Shown: positions 9,520-17,642 of the stretch, in pieces
Position numbering within the stretch: the first letter of the stretch is position 1
Layout: each line of letters starts with the position of its first letter
Source of the DNA: a virus
Lineage: Duplodnaviria > Caudoviricetes
Strand: one strand, 5' to 3'
DNA length: 54,920 nt
IMG/VR virus record: IMGVR_UViG_3300013005_000046
Coordinates: 1-54,920 of that record
Made by a program: the position numbers and the translations under genes
The notes under the pieces: generated by a model
What the model saw: the letters and a program-made list of their open reading frames with translations, nothing else
What the model was told of the DNA's origin: nothing
Database searches by the model: none

Positions 9520-10097
9520 CCAACTGACGAATCAAAAACATACATCATTAGCGGTACAGAATCTTTATCTACCCACAAAGATCCTTCTACAACATTTGTA
9601 TTTGATGGTGGGGAATTTTGATATTTTGCAACTTGCCCAGTTCTGACCCAAGAAGTTCCTGTTTCGTCATAAACATATGTATTTACGAATTGATCATCTT
9701 TGTCTACCCAAATCATTCCATCTTTTAAATTTGTTGTTGGTTGAGAATTTTGATACTTAACAACGGATGGAACAGAAACTAATGTTTCGTCAAATATTGG
9801 TGCAGCTGAGTCAGCATCTACCCACAAGAATCCATTTGGAACGGATGTTGGTTCATTGGCCTGATATCCAGAACCAATTCCAGTAGATTCTACAATCTGA
9901 ACTCTGTCGGATATAGACTTAAAATAACCAGCAACAGACTTCGAGGTTACTCCAGCTAAATTTGAAGGTGGTGTCTTAGATCCATAGTGATAAATTCTAA
10001 GGGCTTCCTGAATATCAGCATTATCTGATAATCCAGGTATAGAGGTATTAAACGGACCAGTACCACCAGATGTGCCATCAATATTTTCAATTGCCAT
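9498..10097 (-). CDS. Virion accessory protein with three P...GxxWVD repeats
   Basis: GFLWVDAD / GMIWVDKD / GSLWVDKD. Confidence 0.7.
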   Translation of the reverse strand: MAIENIDGTSGGTGPFNTSIPGLSDNADIQEALRIYHYGSKTPPSNLAGVTSKSVAGYFKSISDRVQIVESTGIGSGYQANEPTSVPNGFLWVDADSAAPIFDETLVSVPSVVKYQNSQPTTNLKDGMIWVDKDDQFVNTYVYDETGTSWVRTGQVAKYQNSPPSNTNVVEGSLWVDKDSVPLMMYVFDSSVGWRPLGV

Positions 10098-10130
10098 TTT
10101 TTATCACCAAATAAATTCTATCATTATATG

Positions 10131-10919
10131 TTAAATCTCCAAAGATCCAATATTAGCAGTAACTACAAAGTTTAACTCTTTAATTCCAGTTACCGCTTCC
10201 CAGGTTATAAGGTCTTCCCCAGTCTGAGACGCTGTAATATAAACTGGAAGATAAATCTTACTTCCAAGTTCGGTTAGCTCTCCCAAAGTAAGACCAGAAG
10301 CAATTGGGGTTTCGTTACGAAGAATATATTGAATATTAAAAGTATCTACAGAAAGATTTAGTTCTGGAAAATAGTCGCTAATAGGAAAAGATAGTCCATT
10401 AATAATAATTCCAAGCTTAATCCACGGAGCTAAAGGAATAGCACTGTTATACACCATAAGTTCATTTGGTGTTTTAGAAACATCCAGCCATAACATTCCA
10501 TCTACTGCTGGTGATGGGGCTACTGGGCTAGGAATAATTAATCCAATACTTTCATCTGTTGGCCTTGTTGTTACTCCTGATTCAGGAACAAAAGTTACAG
10601 CCTGTCCGTTATAAAAAATTACTGGGATATTGGCAAGTGCTGTATTAGGAATAAGTCTAAGAACCTTTGACCATGTCTCTACTCCATTAACGCTACCATA
10701 CTGATATAAGAATAGGTATTCTGTATCAGAAGGCTTTTCATTAATATAAAGATCGTATGGCTGAATTGGAGGCAGGTCAACGTCTGGATCTGTTGGTTTT
10801 CCAGGGCCAGCAAAAATAAAACTTCCACGAGTCCCTTGTGCACCAAAATCAACATTTACGTCTATAGAGGCTGGACCACCATAGACAGAAACATTTTCTG
10901 AAGATAGCAGAATATCCAC
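10131..10919 (-). CDS. Putative minor tail protein
   Basis: Long ORF in the structural block; GxxGxRGS and DLYIN motifs. Confidence 0.65.
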   Translation of the reverse strand: MDILLSSENVSVYGGPASIDVNVDFGAQGTRGSFIFAGPGKPTDPDVDLPPIQPYDLYINEKPSDTEYLFLYQYGSVNGVETWSKVLRLIPNTALANIPVIFYNGQAVTFVPESGVTTRPTDESIGLIIPSPVAPSPAVDGMLWLDVSKTPNELMVYNSAIPLAPWIKLGIIINGLSFPISDYFPELNLSVDTFNIQYILRNETPIASGLTLGELTELGSKIYLPVYITASQTGEDLITWEAVTGIKELNFVVTANIGSLEI

Positions 10920-10921
10920 GA

Positions 10922-11293
10922 CTATACCGCCCCAGTAATCTGATTAGTAACTGAGATTGTTCCAGTTAAAAGTGTTGTGACCAAGTTATACGGAGTTCCA
11001 GTTTTACTAATCTCTATATCATAGACATAGTTTGTTGCTGTCATAGCAGTTCCGTTTGCTGGTAGGATTGCACAGTCTATGTGAGTACGGTCTGCTGAAA
11101 TTACAGAGTATGCCTGAATCTGATCTTCAAGTCCGTCTACCCCTCTTTGAGTAGAAATGGTAAACTTTGCTCCCTGAGCTAAGTCATAACCAGTCAGTGG
11201 AAATGCTGCACCGCTAGCGTCTTTGGGGTAGATCTTAAACTCATAAGTATCTCCCCTGTAATAATTAATATCAAATGTTCCTGGAAATGCCAT
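10922..11293 (-). CDS. Baseplate/tail adaptor-like protein (RGDT family)
   Basis: YYRGDT..YVYDIEI..LLTGTI; AGGAGG RBS. Confidence 0.7.
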   Translation of the reverse strand: MAFPGTFDINYYRGDTYEFKIYPKDASGAAFPLTGYDLAQGAKFTISTQRGVDGLEDQIQAYSVISADRTHIDCAILPANGTAMTATNYVYDIEISKTGTPYNLVTTLLTGTISVTNQITGAV

Positions 11294-11320
11294 CTGTCCT
11301 CCTGTTTATATTATAACACG

Positions 11321-12058
11321 TTAACGGACTGAAATATGGATACTTTTTAGGCTTGCCATAGCGTCTAAATCAGTTCTTAGTTGTGGGATGATTCCAGACC
11401 TTTTTTCAGAATCCCCACTTAGAAAAATATTGTGAGTTTCTGAGATTAAGTATTCGTGCTGATATTTTAAGGTGGCAACAAAAGACGTCACTTCATATCC
11501 ACTATTTAAAAAATAAGACCTCAGCCAAAGCTCTGTATTTGAGTGAATTGTGGTTACTAAAAACTCATAGGTTATCTGAACTTGACTTCCAAGTTTTAAA
11601 CTTTTTAGGTTGATAGATCTTGTTTCTGGATTATATAAAGAAGCTTCTCCAGCGGGCAAGTATTTTTCTTCTGATATAGAGTCTTTACCAATAGAAAGAG
11701 TAACCCATCCGTCAGTTCCTTCGGTTGCCCCTAGTTTTATTTGATTATTTTTTAAGGCTTGATAACTAGCCCAACCTGGCTCTTGTTCATAGACTGTTTG
11801 ATAAGATTTTCCATCTTTACCAGGAAGCCCCCTATCTCCCTTTGGGCCAACTTTTCCGTCTTTACCATCTAAACCATTTTTTCCAGATAAGCCATCTTTT
11901 CCAGCTGGACCTCTATCGCCTTTTGGACCAGGATCCCCTTTAGGTCCAGGTACTGGAATAAATAAGCCCTCGTTAGGCAGAGGGATTGAACCTTCTACCT
12001 TAGAAGCATAACTGTTTTTGCTGCTAACTGGAAAATCCATGCTTTTGGAAGATGACAA
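11321..12058 (-). CDS. Collagen-like (Gly-X-Y) protein
   Basis: Run of GPKGDPGPKGDRGPAGKDG triplets. Confidence 0.85.
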   Translation of the reverse strand: MSSSKSMDFPVSSKNSYASKVEGSIPLPNEGLFIPVPGPKGDPGPKGDRGPAGKDGLSGKNGLDGKDGKVGPKGDRGLPGKDGKSYQTVYEQEPGWASYQALKNNQIKLGATEGTDGWVTLSIGKDSISEEKYLPAGEASLYNPETRSINLKSLKLGSQVQITYEFLVTTIHSNTELWLRSYFLNSGYEVTSFVATLKYQHEYLISETHNIFLSGDSEKRSGIIPQLRTDLDAMASLKSIHISVR

Positions 12059-12157
12059 GGTTTATCCTTTGGGGTTATTTTGTTTTGAAGACTTTATTGC
12101 TAATCCTTATAATTGGAGGAATGGCAGGTTTATTATTTGAAATTTTAATAACTGGCA

Positions 12158-12538
12158 TTACAAACTTCCTAAGGTTATGTCCCCAAAAACTTTTATCGTT
12201 CCAATGACTGGAGTCCAAACAACGTCATCAATAGTGACCTGAAGGTCAAAGGCAAGCTCTGCGATTACTGAGTTAAATCCTGATCCCCAAAATTCTGTAA
12301 TTTCTGGAGATGCTTTGATGTCTACATAGCCATCGCCTGATACAACCTCTAGCTCATCAAGAACGTCGCCTCTGAAATCATATGATGTGGCAGCAAATAC
12401 CCAGCCTTCAGTATCAAAATAGGTTTTTTCATCGTTTTCAAGGAATTCTACACGAAGACTAGCGGTATCTCCTCTAACGACTTGCCATTTAACGTTGGCG
12501 GGATCAGCACCAAAAGTGTCAAGATTGTAATAGCTCAT
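12158..12538 (-). CDS. Baseplate/tail adaptor-like protein, paralog of 6600-7010
   Basis: WQVVRGDTA versus WTVVRGDTA. Confidence 0.7.
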   Translation of the reverse strand: MSYYNLDTFGADPANVKWQVVRGDTASLRVEFLENDEKTYFDTEGWVFAATSYDFRGDVLDELEVVSGDGYVDIKASPEITEFWGSGFNSVIAELAFDLQVTIDDVVWTPVIGTIKVFGDITLGSL

Positions 12539-12562
12539 ATAAAGAATTATAGCATAATTAAA

Positions 12563-12612
12563 TGACTAATACCCAGGCAAGTGGGTATGAGAGACAAACC
12601 TGGGTACTAGTC
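12563..12612. other. Intergenic stem-loop (14-bp stem, ~21-nt loop)
   Basis: GACTAATACCCAGG ... CCTGGGTACTAGTC. Confidence 0.6.
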
Positions 12613-12644
12613 TTTAAAATTATATCATACTTGTAGTTTATCGA

Positions 12645-12800
12645 ATTGTTATAAAATTGTTGTCAAATTGTTATCAAAAATATTGTTTGCACAAAAGTAA
12701 AAAGTGTGGTATATTGTTATAATTAGGTTTTAGAAAAGCTATATATAAATATATAAATATATTAATATATAGTATAGTTTATATATATTATATATAATAA
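12645..12800. promoter_or_regulatory. Three 11-bp-period ATTGTT(A/G)T repeats followed by an almost pure AT tract (origin-like)
   Basis: Repeats at 12645, 12656, 12667; TA-rich run at about 12740-12800. Confidence 0.5.
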
Positions 12801-12837
12801 TCGGTTTTTAAGTTTTTAGCTCTTGACGATTTAGCGA

Positions 12838-13194
12838 CTACTTGATTTTTTTCTTTATATCCTGAATCTCTTTTTGGATCTCCATAAATGCAAGATCTCC
12901 AGATTCTAGTCTAGCTTCTATTCTGTCTACTGCGTCTTTTAATGAGCTACCGCCATTATTTCTTAGTTCTCCGTCAATACGGTTTAAGCGTTCCATGACT
13001 CCGTGAACTTCGCCTCTGCCAGGTTTTGCTGGGGTACCAGCCCAATCTTCAATAAACTGCTCTAAGGCAGTAATGAGCTTTTTAATCTTTTTAAAAAATG
13101 GATTAATAAAAGTTGCGATAGCAAACCAGGCTCCGAGAATCGTGGCAATCCATCCAGATGCCATTAAAATCATATTAAGTTCGTCGGAAGTCAT
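12838..13194 (-). CDS. Single-TM membrane protein with coiled coil (holin-like/lysis accessory)
   Basis: N-terminal TM segment; NGGSSLKDAVDRIE motif seen in actinophage membrane proteins. Confidence 0.65.
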   Translation of the reverse strand: MTSDELNMILMASGWIATILGAWFAIATFINPFFKKIKKLITALEQFIEDWAGTPAKPGRGEVHGVMERLNRIDGELRNNGGSSLKDAVDRIEARLESGDLAFMEIQKEIQDIKKKIK

Positions 13195-13354
13195 AATGTT
13201 ATAATTATAATATAGTTTTTAAAGTTCGACGGCATAAAGCGATTTTTAAAACGGCGATTTTAAATTCGGCGGTATAGAGATACCAAACACCACCCCCTAC
13301 AACAAATGCATGTCCCATGCAACTATGTAGGATTAGGTGTGATATAATTCATTT

Positions 13355-13552
13355 ATGGGAGACGTCACATTCTTTGATCTATTTGATCCAAACCAACCTC
13401 GTAGCGATAAAGAGCTAATTGAGAAGAGGCTAGCTATTTGCAATGCCTGTCCCGATTTAAAGAAAAATACCAAAAGATGCAAGCACTGTGGCTGCTTTAT
13501 GGAATTAAAGACTACTCTTAGCCAGGCTAGCTGTCCAATAGGAAAATGGTAA
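13355..13552 (+). CDS. Small Cys-rich protein, paralog of 7276-7515
   Basis: Same Cys pattern; leaderless after TGATATAAT. Confidence 0.75.
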   Translation: MGDVTFFDLFDPNQPRSDKELIEKRLAICNACPDLKKNTKRCKHCGCFMELKTTLSQASCPIGKW

Positions 13553-13741
13553 TATGATTCTTTCAATAAATACGCTGTACGGGCTTATAAGGCTTCAGAA
13601 GATGTCGACCTACTCATTACATGCTTTATATGCTGTAATGGCTTCAGGATGGCATACAGGGGTTAATAGGGGGTTATTGTTGTTTGGTCGTCAAGAAAGA
13701 ATTCTTGGACTTATACCCTCGAAAAATATGAGAATCTAAAA

Positions 13742-13801
13742 TTAGTTAGATTCAGGCTGTGGATTTTGTTTTCCACAACCACAATTAGTACAATTACACA
13801 T
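13742..13801 (-). CDS. 19-aa Cys-rich micro-peptide MCNCTNCGCGKQNPQPESN
   Basis: TGATATAAT 6 nt before ATG, the same leaderless pattern as larger genes. Confidence 0.45.
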   Translation of the reverse strand: MCNCTNCGCGKQNPQPESN

Positions 13802-13830
13802 AAAATAATTATATCACGATAGGAGACAAA

Positions 13831-14007
13831 ATGGAGAAGAAGCCTTATATTAAGTATTATGAGGATAGGGATTGGTTGCAGAACGAATACAGTACCTTGC
13901 AAAAATCATCAAGAGAGATTGGCAATGATTTGCATGTATCTTATAAGCTAATTGAGATTTGGCTGAAGAAGTTCAATATCCCTGTCAGACAGCCTATTTC
14001 TTATTAG
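13831..14007 (+). CDS. 58-aa putative helix-turn-helix protein
   Basis: AGGAG RBS; MEKKPYIKYYEDRDWLQNEY..KSSREIGNDLHVSYKLIEIWLKKFNIP. Confidence 0.7.
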   Translation: MEKKPYIKYYEDRDWLQNEYSTLQKSSREIGNDLHVSYKLIEIWLKKFNIPVRQPISY

Positions 14008-14080
14008 GTTTCTGGCTGCACCTATTGCAAAACATGTCTTGAAAGATCTTTAGTGCCCATGGGCATGATGGCTTATCCAT
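13994..14080 (-). CDS. 28-aa micro-protein MDKPSCPWALKIFQDMFCNRCSQKPNKK
   Basis: TACAAT 6 nt before ATG. Confidence 0.4.
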   Translation of the reverse strand: MDKPSCPWALKIFQDMFCNRCSQKPNKK

Positions 14081-14126
14081 AGGATTATTGTATACCCGAT
14101 TTTTTAAAAAATAGCCAAATGTGGCT

Positions 14127-14207
14127 TTAGGGTTTATCTTTGTAGCGTATCAGGATATAGATCATAGCTCCTGTGAATAGGAAGAATACTATATGTGGCC
14201 AGTCCAT
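14127..14207 (-). CDS. 26-aa single-TM micro-protein
   Basis: GGTATAAT 6 nt before ATG; MDWPHIVFFLFTGAMIYILIRYKDKP. Confidence 0.5.
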   Translation of the reverse strand: MDWPHIVFFLFTGAMIYILIRYKDKP

Positions 14208-14376
14208 GATCTTATTATACCCCCGAATTTGTGCGTTCACACGAAAATCTGAAAAATTTTAAATTTACCAAAATCTGAATATTTCTAACAAGTGTATGAT
14301 GCATAATTTGTATAAAAAAACAAGTGATTATTAGTGAGCACACACACGCCCAAATAATAATAACTTGATTTCTATC

Positions 14377-14446
14377 TAGTGCCAGCAACTAGTGCCAGCA
14401 TTTTTATAAACAGTAGTGCCACTATTTTTGTGAACACTACTGCCAC
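14377..14446. repeat. Short direct repeats: TAGTGCCA three times plus TACTGCCA
   Basis: Seen directly in non-coding DNA. Confidence 0.6.
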
Positions 14447-14451
14447 ATTTT

Positions 14452-14667
14452 TTATTTGATAATGCTTAGACTAGCTAATGCGTCTTCCGCATTGTCAAAC
14501 ATTGCAGTAAAAGCATTTAGACTTTTTTGCTTTCGCAATTCGCCACACACTTTCAAATCGTGATTAGCTTTCCAAGCTTTAGCGTGAAGGTAATAGCTAA
14601 CGCTATCTTCCTGAGTGTAGTTGCAGTTAGTGCAAACAGTTTTTCTATACATTGTAGTTTTAGTCAT
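14452..14667 (-). CDS. Hypothetical early protein
   Basis: AAGGA RBS; CxxC. Confidence 0.7.
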   Translation of the reverse strand: MTKTTMYRKTVCTNCNYTQEDSVSYYLHAKAWKANHDLKVCGELRKQKSLNAFTAMFDNAEDALASLSIIK

Positions 14668-14766
14668 TTATTTATTTTCCTTTTCATTGAGAGAGATAGT
14701 TAGTGTAGTGATAGAAGAGATAGCATTGTCGTATTCTTCCCAAGTGTCGAAGGTTAGTGTTATCAA
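14668..14766 (-). CDS. 32-aa protein MITLTFDTWEEYDNAIS..., paralog of 15691-15786
   Basis: Hand translation; near-identical N-terminus to the plus-strand copy. Confidence 0.7.
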   Translation of the reverse strand: MITLTFDTWEEYDNAISSITTLTISLNEKENK

Positions 14767-14921
14767 ACTCTACCCCCAAAACTTTTGACTAACTTAGTTA
14801 GTGATAGCAATTCATTTTGGAATTGTGGCGTAAGCTCTACGCCGTTAGCAATAGAAGAATTAGCTATTTTTAGCATAGTATCGTATTGCTTTTGGTAATA
14901 AGCTACTGATTTGATTTTCAT
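14763..14921 (-). CDS. 52-aa hypothetical protein
   Basis: Hand translation MKIKSVAYYQKQYDTML...; tightly packed between neighbours. Confidence 0.6.
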   Translation of the reverse strand: MKIKSVAYYQKQYDTMLKIANSSIANGVELTPQFQNELLSLTKLVKSFGGRV

Positions 14922-14923
14922 AA

Positions 14924-15124
14924 CTATTCACCGTCCCAACACTCAGGGCTTGACTCGCAAGACTCCCAATAGGCGAAACTTGAACAAAAGGCACAGCCTT
15001 GAAACTTATCGTGTTGGACACAGTAATACCTATCTTGGTATTCCTCGCAACAGCGGAATAGGTCATCACCGCTTAGGGTGTAGTAAAAGCCTTCAGGCTT
15101 TAGAATTGTTTTGACTTGAGTCAT
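14924..15124 (-). CDS. Cys-rich hypothetical early protein
   Basis: GAAAGGA RBS; first gene of the leftward operon. Confidence 0.7.
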   Translation of the reverse strand: MTQVKTILKPEGFYYTLSGDDLFRCCEEYQDRYYCVQHDKFQGCAFCSSFAYWESCESSPECWDGE

Positions 15125-15156
15125 AATTTGTATCCTTTCTAAAATACTTGGCTTTT

Positions 15157-15202
15157 TTATTCGCTAGGCTCATACCGCTAAGGGTCTTATTTGCTAGGCT
15201 CA
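15157..15202 (-). repeat. Tandem 16-bp repeat TGAGCCTAGCRAATAA (30-nt period) in a 5' leader
   Basis: Copies at 15157-15172 and 15187-15202. Confidence 0.75.
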
Positions 15203-15243
15203 AAAGCTCTTTTTTGTTTATTCTTATTTATTTATCTATCTAT

Positions 15244-15525
15244 ACACTATCACGACCTACCGACATTTATAGCCCTTTTTAGCCCTTTTTTACCCCTTTT
15301 TTTATTTTGTTTACCTATTGTTCACTTAGTAAACAGTTATCCACAAGTTATCCACAGCTTTGTTATCAAATTGTTATAAAACTACGGCGTGTCGGTTTGA
15401 CATCTAGAAAATTTTTTGCGCCCCTGTGTATAACCCTGTGGATAAGTCTGTTATGAAACTGTTATAAAAACCCCCCTGAATTACGGCGTGTCGATTTGAC
15501 TTTGTCGGTGGTCTGTGATAGGTTA
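15244..15525. promoter_or_regulatory. Divergent early promoter region with DnaA boxes, TGTTAT direct repeats and GACAC boxes
   Basis: TTATCCACA at 15337 and 15348; TGTGTATAA 15425; TGTGGATAA 15437; TGTCGG-N10-TAnnnT on both strands. Confidence 0.75.
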
Positions 15526-15550
15526 TAAAGTAGTTAGAAAGGATAAATAA

Positions 15551-15691
15551 ATGACTAAATTGCTTACAAGGACTTGGGGAGATGTAGCCTATTGCGACAT
15601 CTGCGACAACTACACTGAGCAGGTGTATGTTGAGGAGTTCAATCAGAAGTGCTGTGAGAATTGCTACCTAGCGTATGGGGAGTGCAACTAA
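15551..15691 (+). CDS. 46-aa Cys-rich protein (two CxxC)
   Basis: GAAAGGA RBS; hand translation. Confidence 0.7.
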   Translation: MTKLLTRTWGDVAYCDICDNYTEQVYVEEFNQKCCENCYLAYGECN

Positions 15692-15786
15692 TGATAACAC
15701 TAACATTTGAAACTTGGGAAGAGTTTGATAACGCTATCTCAGGAATTGTTTCTATCGCTACCGAAATTTCTAAGGAGAATAAATGA
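15691..15786 (+). CDS. 31-aa protein MITLTFETWEEFDNAIS...
   Basis: Paralog of 14668-14766. Confidence 0.7.
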   Translation: MITLTFETWEEFDNAISGIVSIATEISKENK

Positions 15787-15872
15787 TGATACTAATTCAG
15801 GAAGTTGTTTACTCAGATGACACAATGTTTGACATCGAAACTATTCTAAGCGAAAAGGAAGTTGAAATATGA
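15783..15872 (+). CDS. 29-aa acidic micro-protein
   Basis: AGGAG RBS; ATGA overlaps at both ends. Confidence 0.55.
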   Translation: MMILIQEVVYSDDTMFDIETILSEKEVEI

Positions 15873-15976
15873 TTTTTTATAACGGGTTCAATCTATTGTT
15901 AGATTTAGTTCTTGTGTTTATTGCTTTTGTAATTGGGCACGGAATTGGATACCGCAAAAATAAACCTCCGTTCTAA
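15869..15976 (+). CDS. 35-aa single-TM protein ending KNKPPF
   Basis: Hand translation MIFYNGFNLLLDLVLVFIAFVIGHGIGYRKNKPPF. Confidence 0.65.
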   Translation: MIFYNGFNLLLDLVLVFIAFVIGHGIGYRKNKPPF

Positions 15977-16134
15977 CGGCGTGTCAACTTGACAAGATCC
16001 CGAAAGGGCTGCGCCCCTGTGGATAACTCTGTGTAAAACTTTGTTATGATACTGTTATGAAAACCCCCCGAAATCTCCCCAAAATGTCGGTGGTTTATGA
16101 TAGGGTTTTAGTAAGTCAAAAGAAAGGAAACAAA

Positions 16135-16290
16135 ATGGATTTGATGTGTGTTTACTGCGAGGGTGTCTTTTCACCTGACACTTATGTCTGCTCAAATTGT
16201 GATGAATACAAGGGGCTAATGCCACTGAAAGACGCTGTTGAGTATCTGGATTTGCCAATTGGTGATTTCCCAGAACTACGCCACGCCTAA
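16135..16290 (+). CDS. Zn-ribbon-like small protein
   Basis: GAAAGGA RBS; CVYC..CSNC. Confidence 0.7.
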   Translation: MDLMCVYCEGVFSPDTYVCSNCDEYKGLMPLKDAVEYLDLPIGDFPELRHA

Positions 16291-16337
16291 AAATGTCGGT
16301 GGGTTATGCTAGGTTGGAACTAACGAAAGGAAATAAA

Positions 16338-16502
16338 ATGAAAAAAACAGAAATTGCTAGTGGTGGATTAGTTGAGCTTGTAAAGTCAAAGACTAACCTA
16401 ACAGACATTGGAGCTTATGCCTATGGGCTAACCCTTGTTTGGGCTTTGGCTGATGACAAGCTAAAGAATAAAGTTATTGAGCTAATTGAAAGTGAGGTCT
16501 AA
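16338..16502 (+). CDS. Hypothetical protein
   Basis: GAAAGGA RBS before ATG 16338. Confidence 0.7.
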   Translation: MKKTEIASGGLVELVKSKTNLTDIGAYAYGLTLVWALADDKLKNKVIELIESEV

Positions 16503-16682
16503 ATGACAGAAGAAGAATTTGATGATTGGCTAGATGATGTTTACCCAACTTACCAAATTGCTGGTGTTGAATTGCGTCCCTCGCAAATGCTAAAGAACTG
16601 CGACCCTATCGCATACAGAATTGCGTTATCAGAATGTGAAGATAGAGAAGAAGAATGGAATGGCTACTTTGACAACAAGTGA
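16503..16682 (+). CDS. 59-aa acidic phage protein (DPIAYR motif)
   Basis: GAGG RBS; MTEEEFDDWLDDVYP...LKNCDPIAYRIAL. Confidence 0.7.
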   Translation: MTEEEFDDWLDDVYPTYQIAGVELRPSQMLKNCDPIAYRIALSECEDREEEWNGYFDNK

Positions 16683-16764
16683 ATTGGAAGAACTAATTTT
16701 CAAGATTGACCTAATGCTAACTGAAGATGTTGGCGAATTGTTTACAACACCAGAGGAGAAATAA
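16660..16764 (+). CDS. 34-aa acidic micro-protein
   Basis: Hand translation MATLTTSELEELIFKIDLML... Confidence 0.5.
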   Translation: MATLTTSELEELIFKIDLMLTEDVGELFTTPEEK

Positions 16765-16905
16765 ATGGAACTAGGTTTGATTGTTATTTTTATAATCGTT
16801 GGCGTTTCAATTTTTGTTGGAATACAACTTGCCGCAATTTTATTTTTGCTACAAGAAAATAATAGACTTGGCGAAGAGTTAGAAAAAAACGAACCGCCTT
16901 TTTGA
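16765..16905 (+). CDS. 46-aa single-TM protein ending EKNEPPF
   Basis: GAGGAG RBS; MELGLIVIFIIVGVSIFVGIQLAAILFLLQENNRLGEELEKNEPPF. Confidence 0.7.
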   Translation: MELGLIVIFIIVGVSIFVGIQLAAILFLLQENNRLGEELEKNEPPF

Positions 16906-17019
16906 TTTGACAATCACCGAGAAATCGGGGCGCACCTGTTATCAAATTGTTATAAAAATTCTTACGAAGACACGGAAAAACCCCCCAGAAATGTCGGTGG
17001 CTTATGCTAAGATTATTTT

Positions 17020-17172
17020 ATGTTGAACAGAAGTAATGAAGCAAGACGCAAGGCAGAGAGCCAAGCGTTATTCCAGTCTATGCTAAAGGCACCTCACCTA
17101 GTTCAGACTCCAAAGAAATACAAAGGCAGCCGTCAGTCTACAAAGGCTAAGGCAATAAAGGAGAGCGAATGA
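17020..17172 (+). CDS. 50-aa basic protein
   Basis: Leaderless behind a TGTCGG promoter; K/R-rich. Confidence 0.65.
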   Translation: MLNRSNEARRKAESQALFQSMLKAPHLVQTPKKYKGSRQSTKAKAIKESE

Positions 17173-17321
17173 TTTTTCCAGGCTTGATTCACTATGTTTG
17201 TGAAGACTGTAATAAGTTTGTTCACACCAATGCGGTCTATTCCTATGACCTCAAGAATGTCTGTGGTAGATGTTATGCTATTCAGGCAGGACACCCTTCA
17301 ACAAGAAAGTTGGTAAAGTAA
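17169..17321 (+). CDS. 50-aa Zn-finger-like protein
   Basis: AGGAG RBS; CEDC..CGRC. Confidence 0.6.
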   Translation: MIFPGLIHYVCEDCNKFVHTNAVYSYDLKNVCGRCYAIQAGHPSTRKLVK

Positions 17322-17515
17322 TGTCAAAGTATGCCGTATCAGTTCAGCTATCAGGTAATGATGGAAATGCTTTTGCCGTAATGGGAGCCGTAAAGTCTGC
17401 CCTCAAAAAAGCTGGAGCAAGCAAGGAAGAAATTGAGCAATACCTAACAGACTCTATGTCTGGCGACTACGACAACCTGTTGCGTGTAGCAATGGAATGG
17501 GTAAAGGTAAAGTAA
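17321..17515 (+). CDS. Conserved small phage protein (GxDGNAF motif)
   Basis: LSGNDGNAFAVMG..SGDYDNLL. Confidence 0.75.
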   Translation: MSKYAVSVQLSGNDGNAFAVMGAVKSALKKAGASKEEIEQYLTDSMSGDYDNLLRVAMEWVKVK

Positions 17516-17640
17516 TGCTAGGACAACTAAGCATAAGCTTTTGTGATACCTGTAATGAGTTTGGTATGGTGTCGGTAGTAGATGGTAAACTAATGGTACA
17601 GTATTGTGATTGTGAAGTAGAAACTCTAGAAGGAGAATAG
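17515..17640 (+). CDS. 41-aa Cys-containing micro-protein
   Basis: Coupled TAATG start; CDTC..CDC. Confidence 0.5.
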   Translation: MLGQLSISFCDTCNEFGMVSVVDGKLMVQYCDCEVETLEGE

Positions 17641-17642
17641 AA

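Noticed and set aside
13554-13739. 61-aa plus-strand ORF
   Set aside because: No clear RBS or motif; the coding frame in this stretch could not be resolved
15157-15202. CRISPR array
   Set aside because: Only two 16-bp repeats with a 14-nt spacer, and no cas genes in the window
17020-17172. ArfA-like ribosome rescue factor
   Set aside because: Only a loose KKYKGS resemblance, too weak to support
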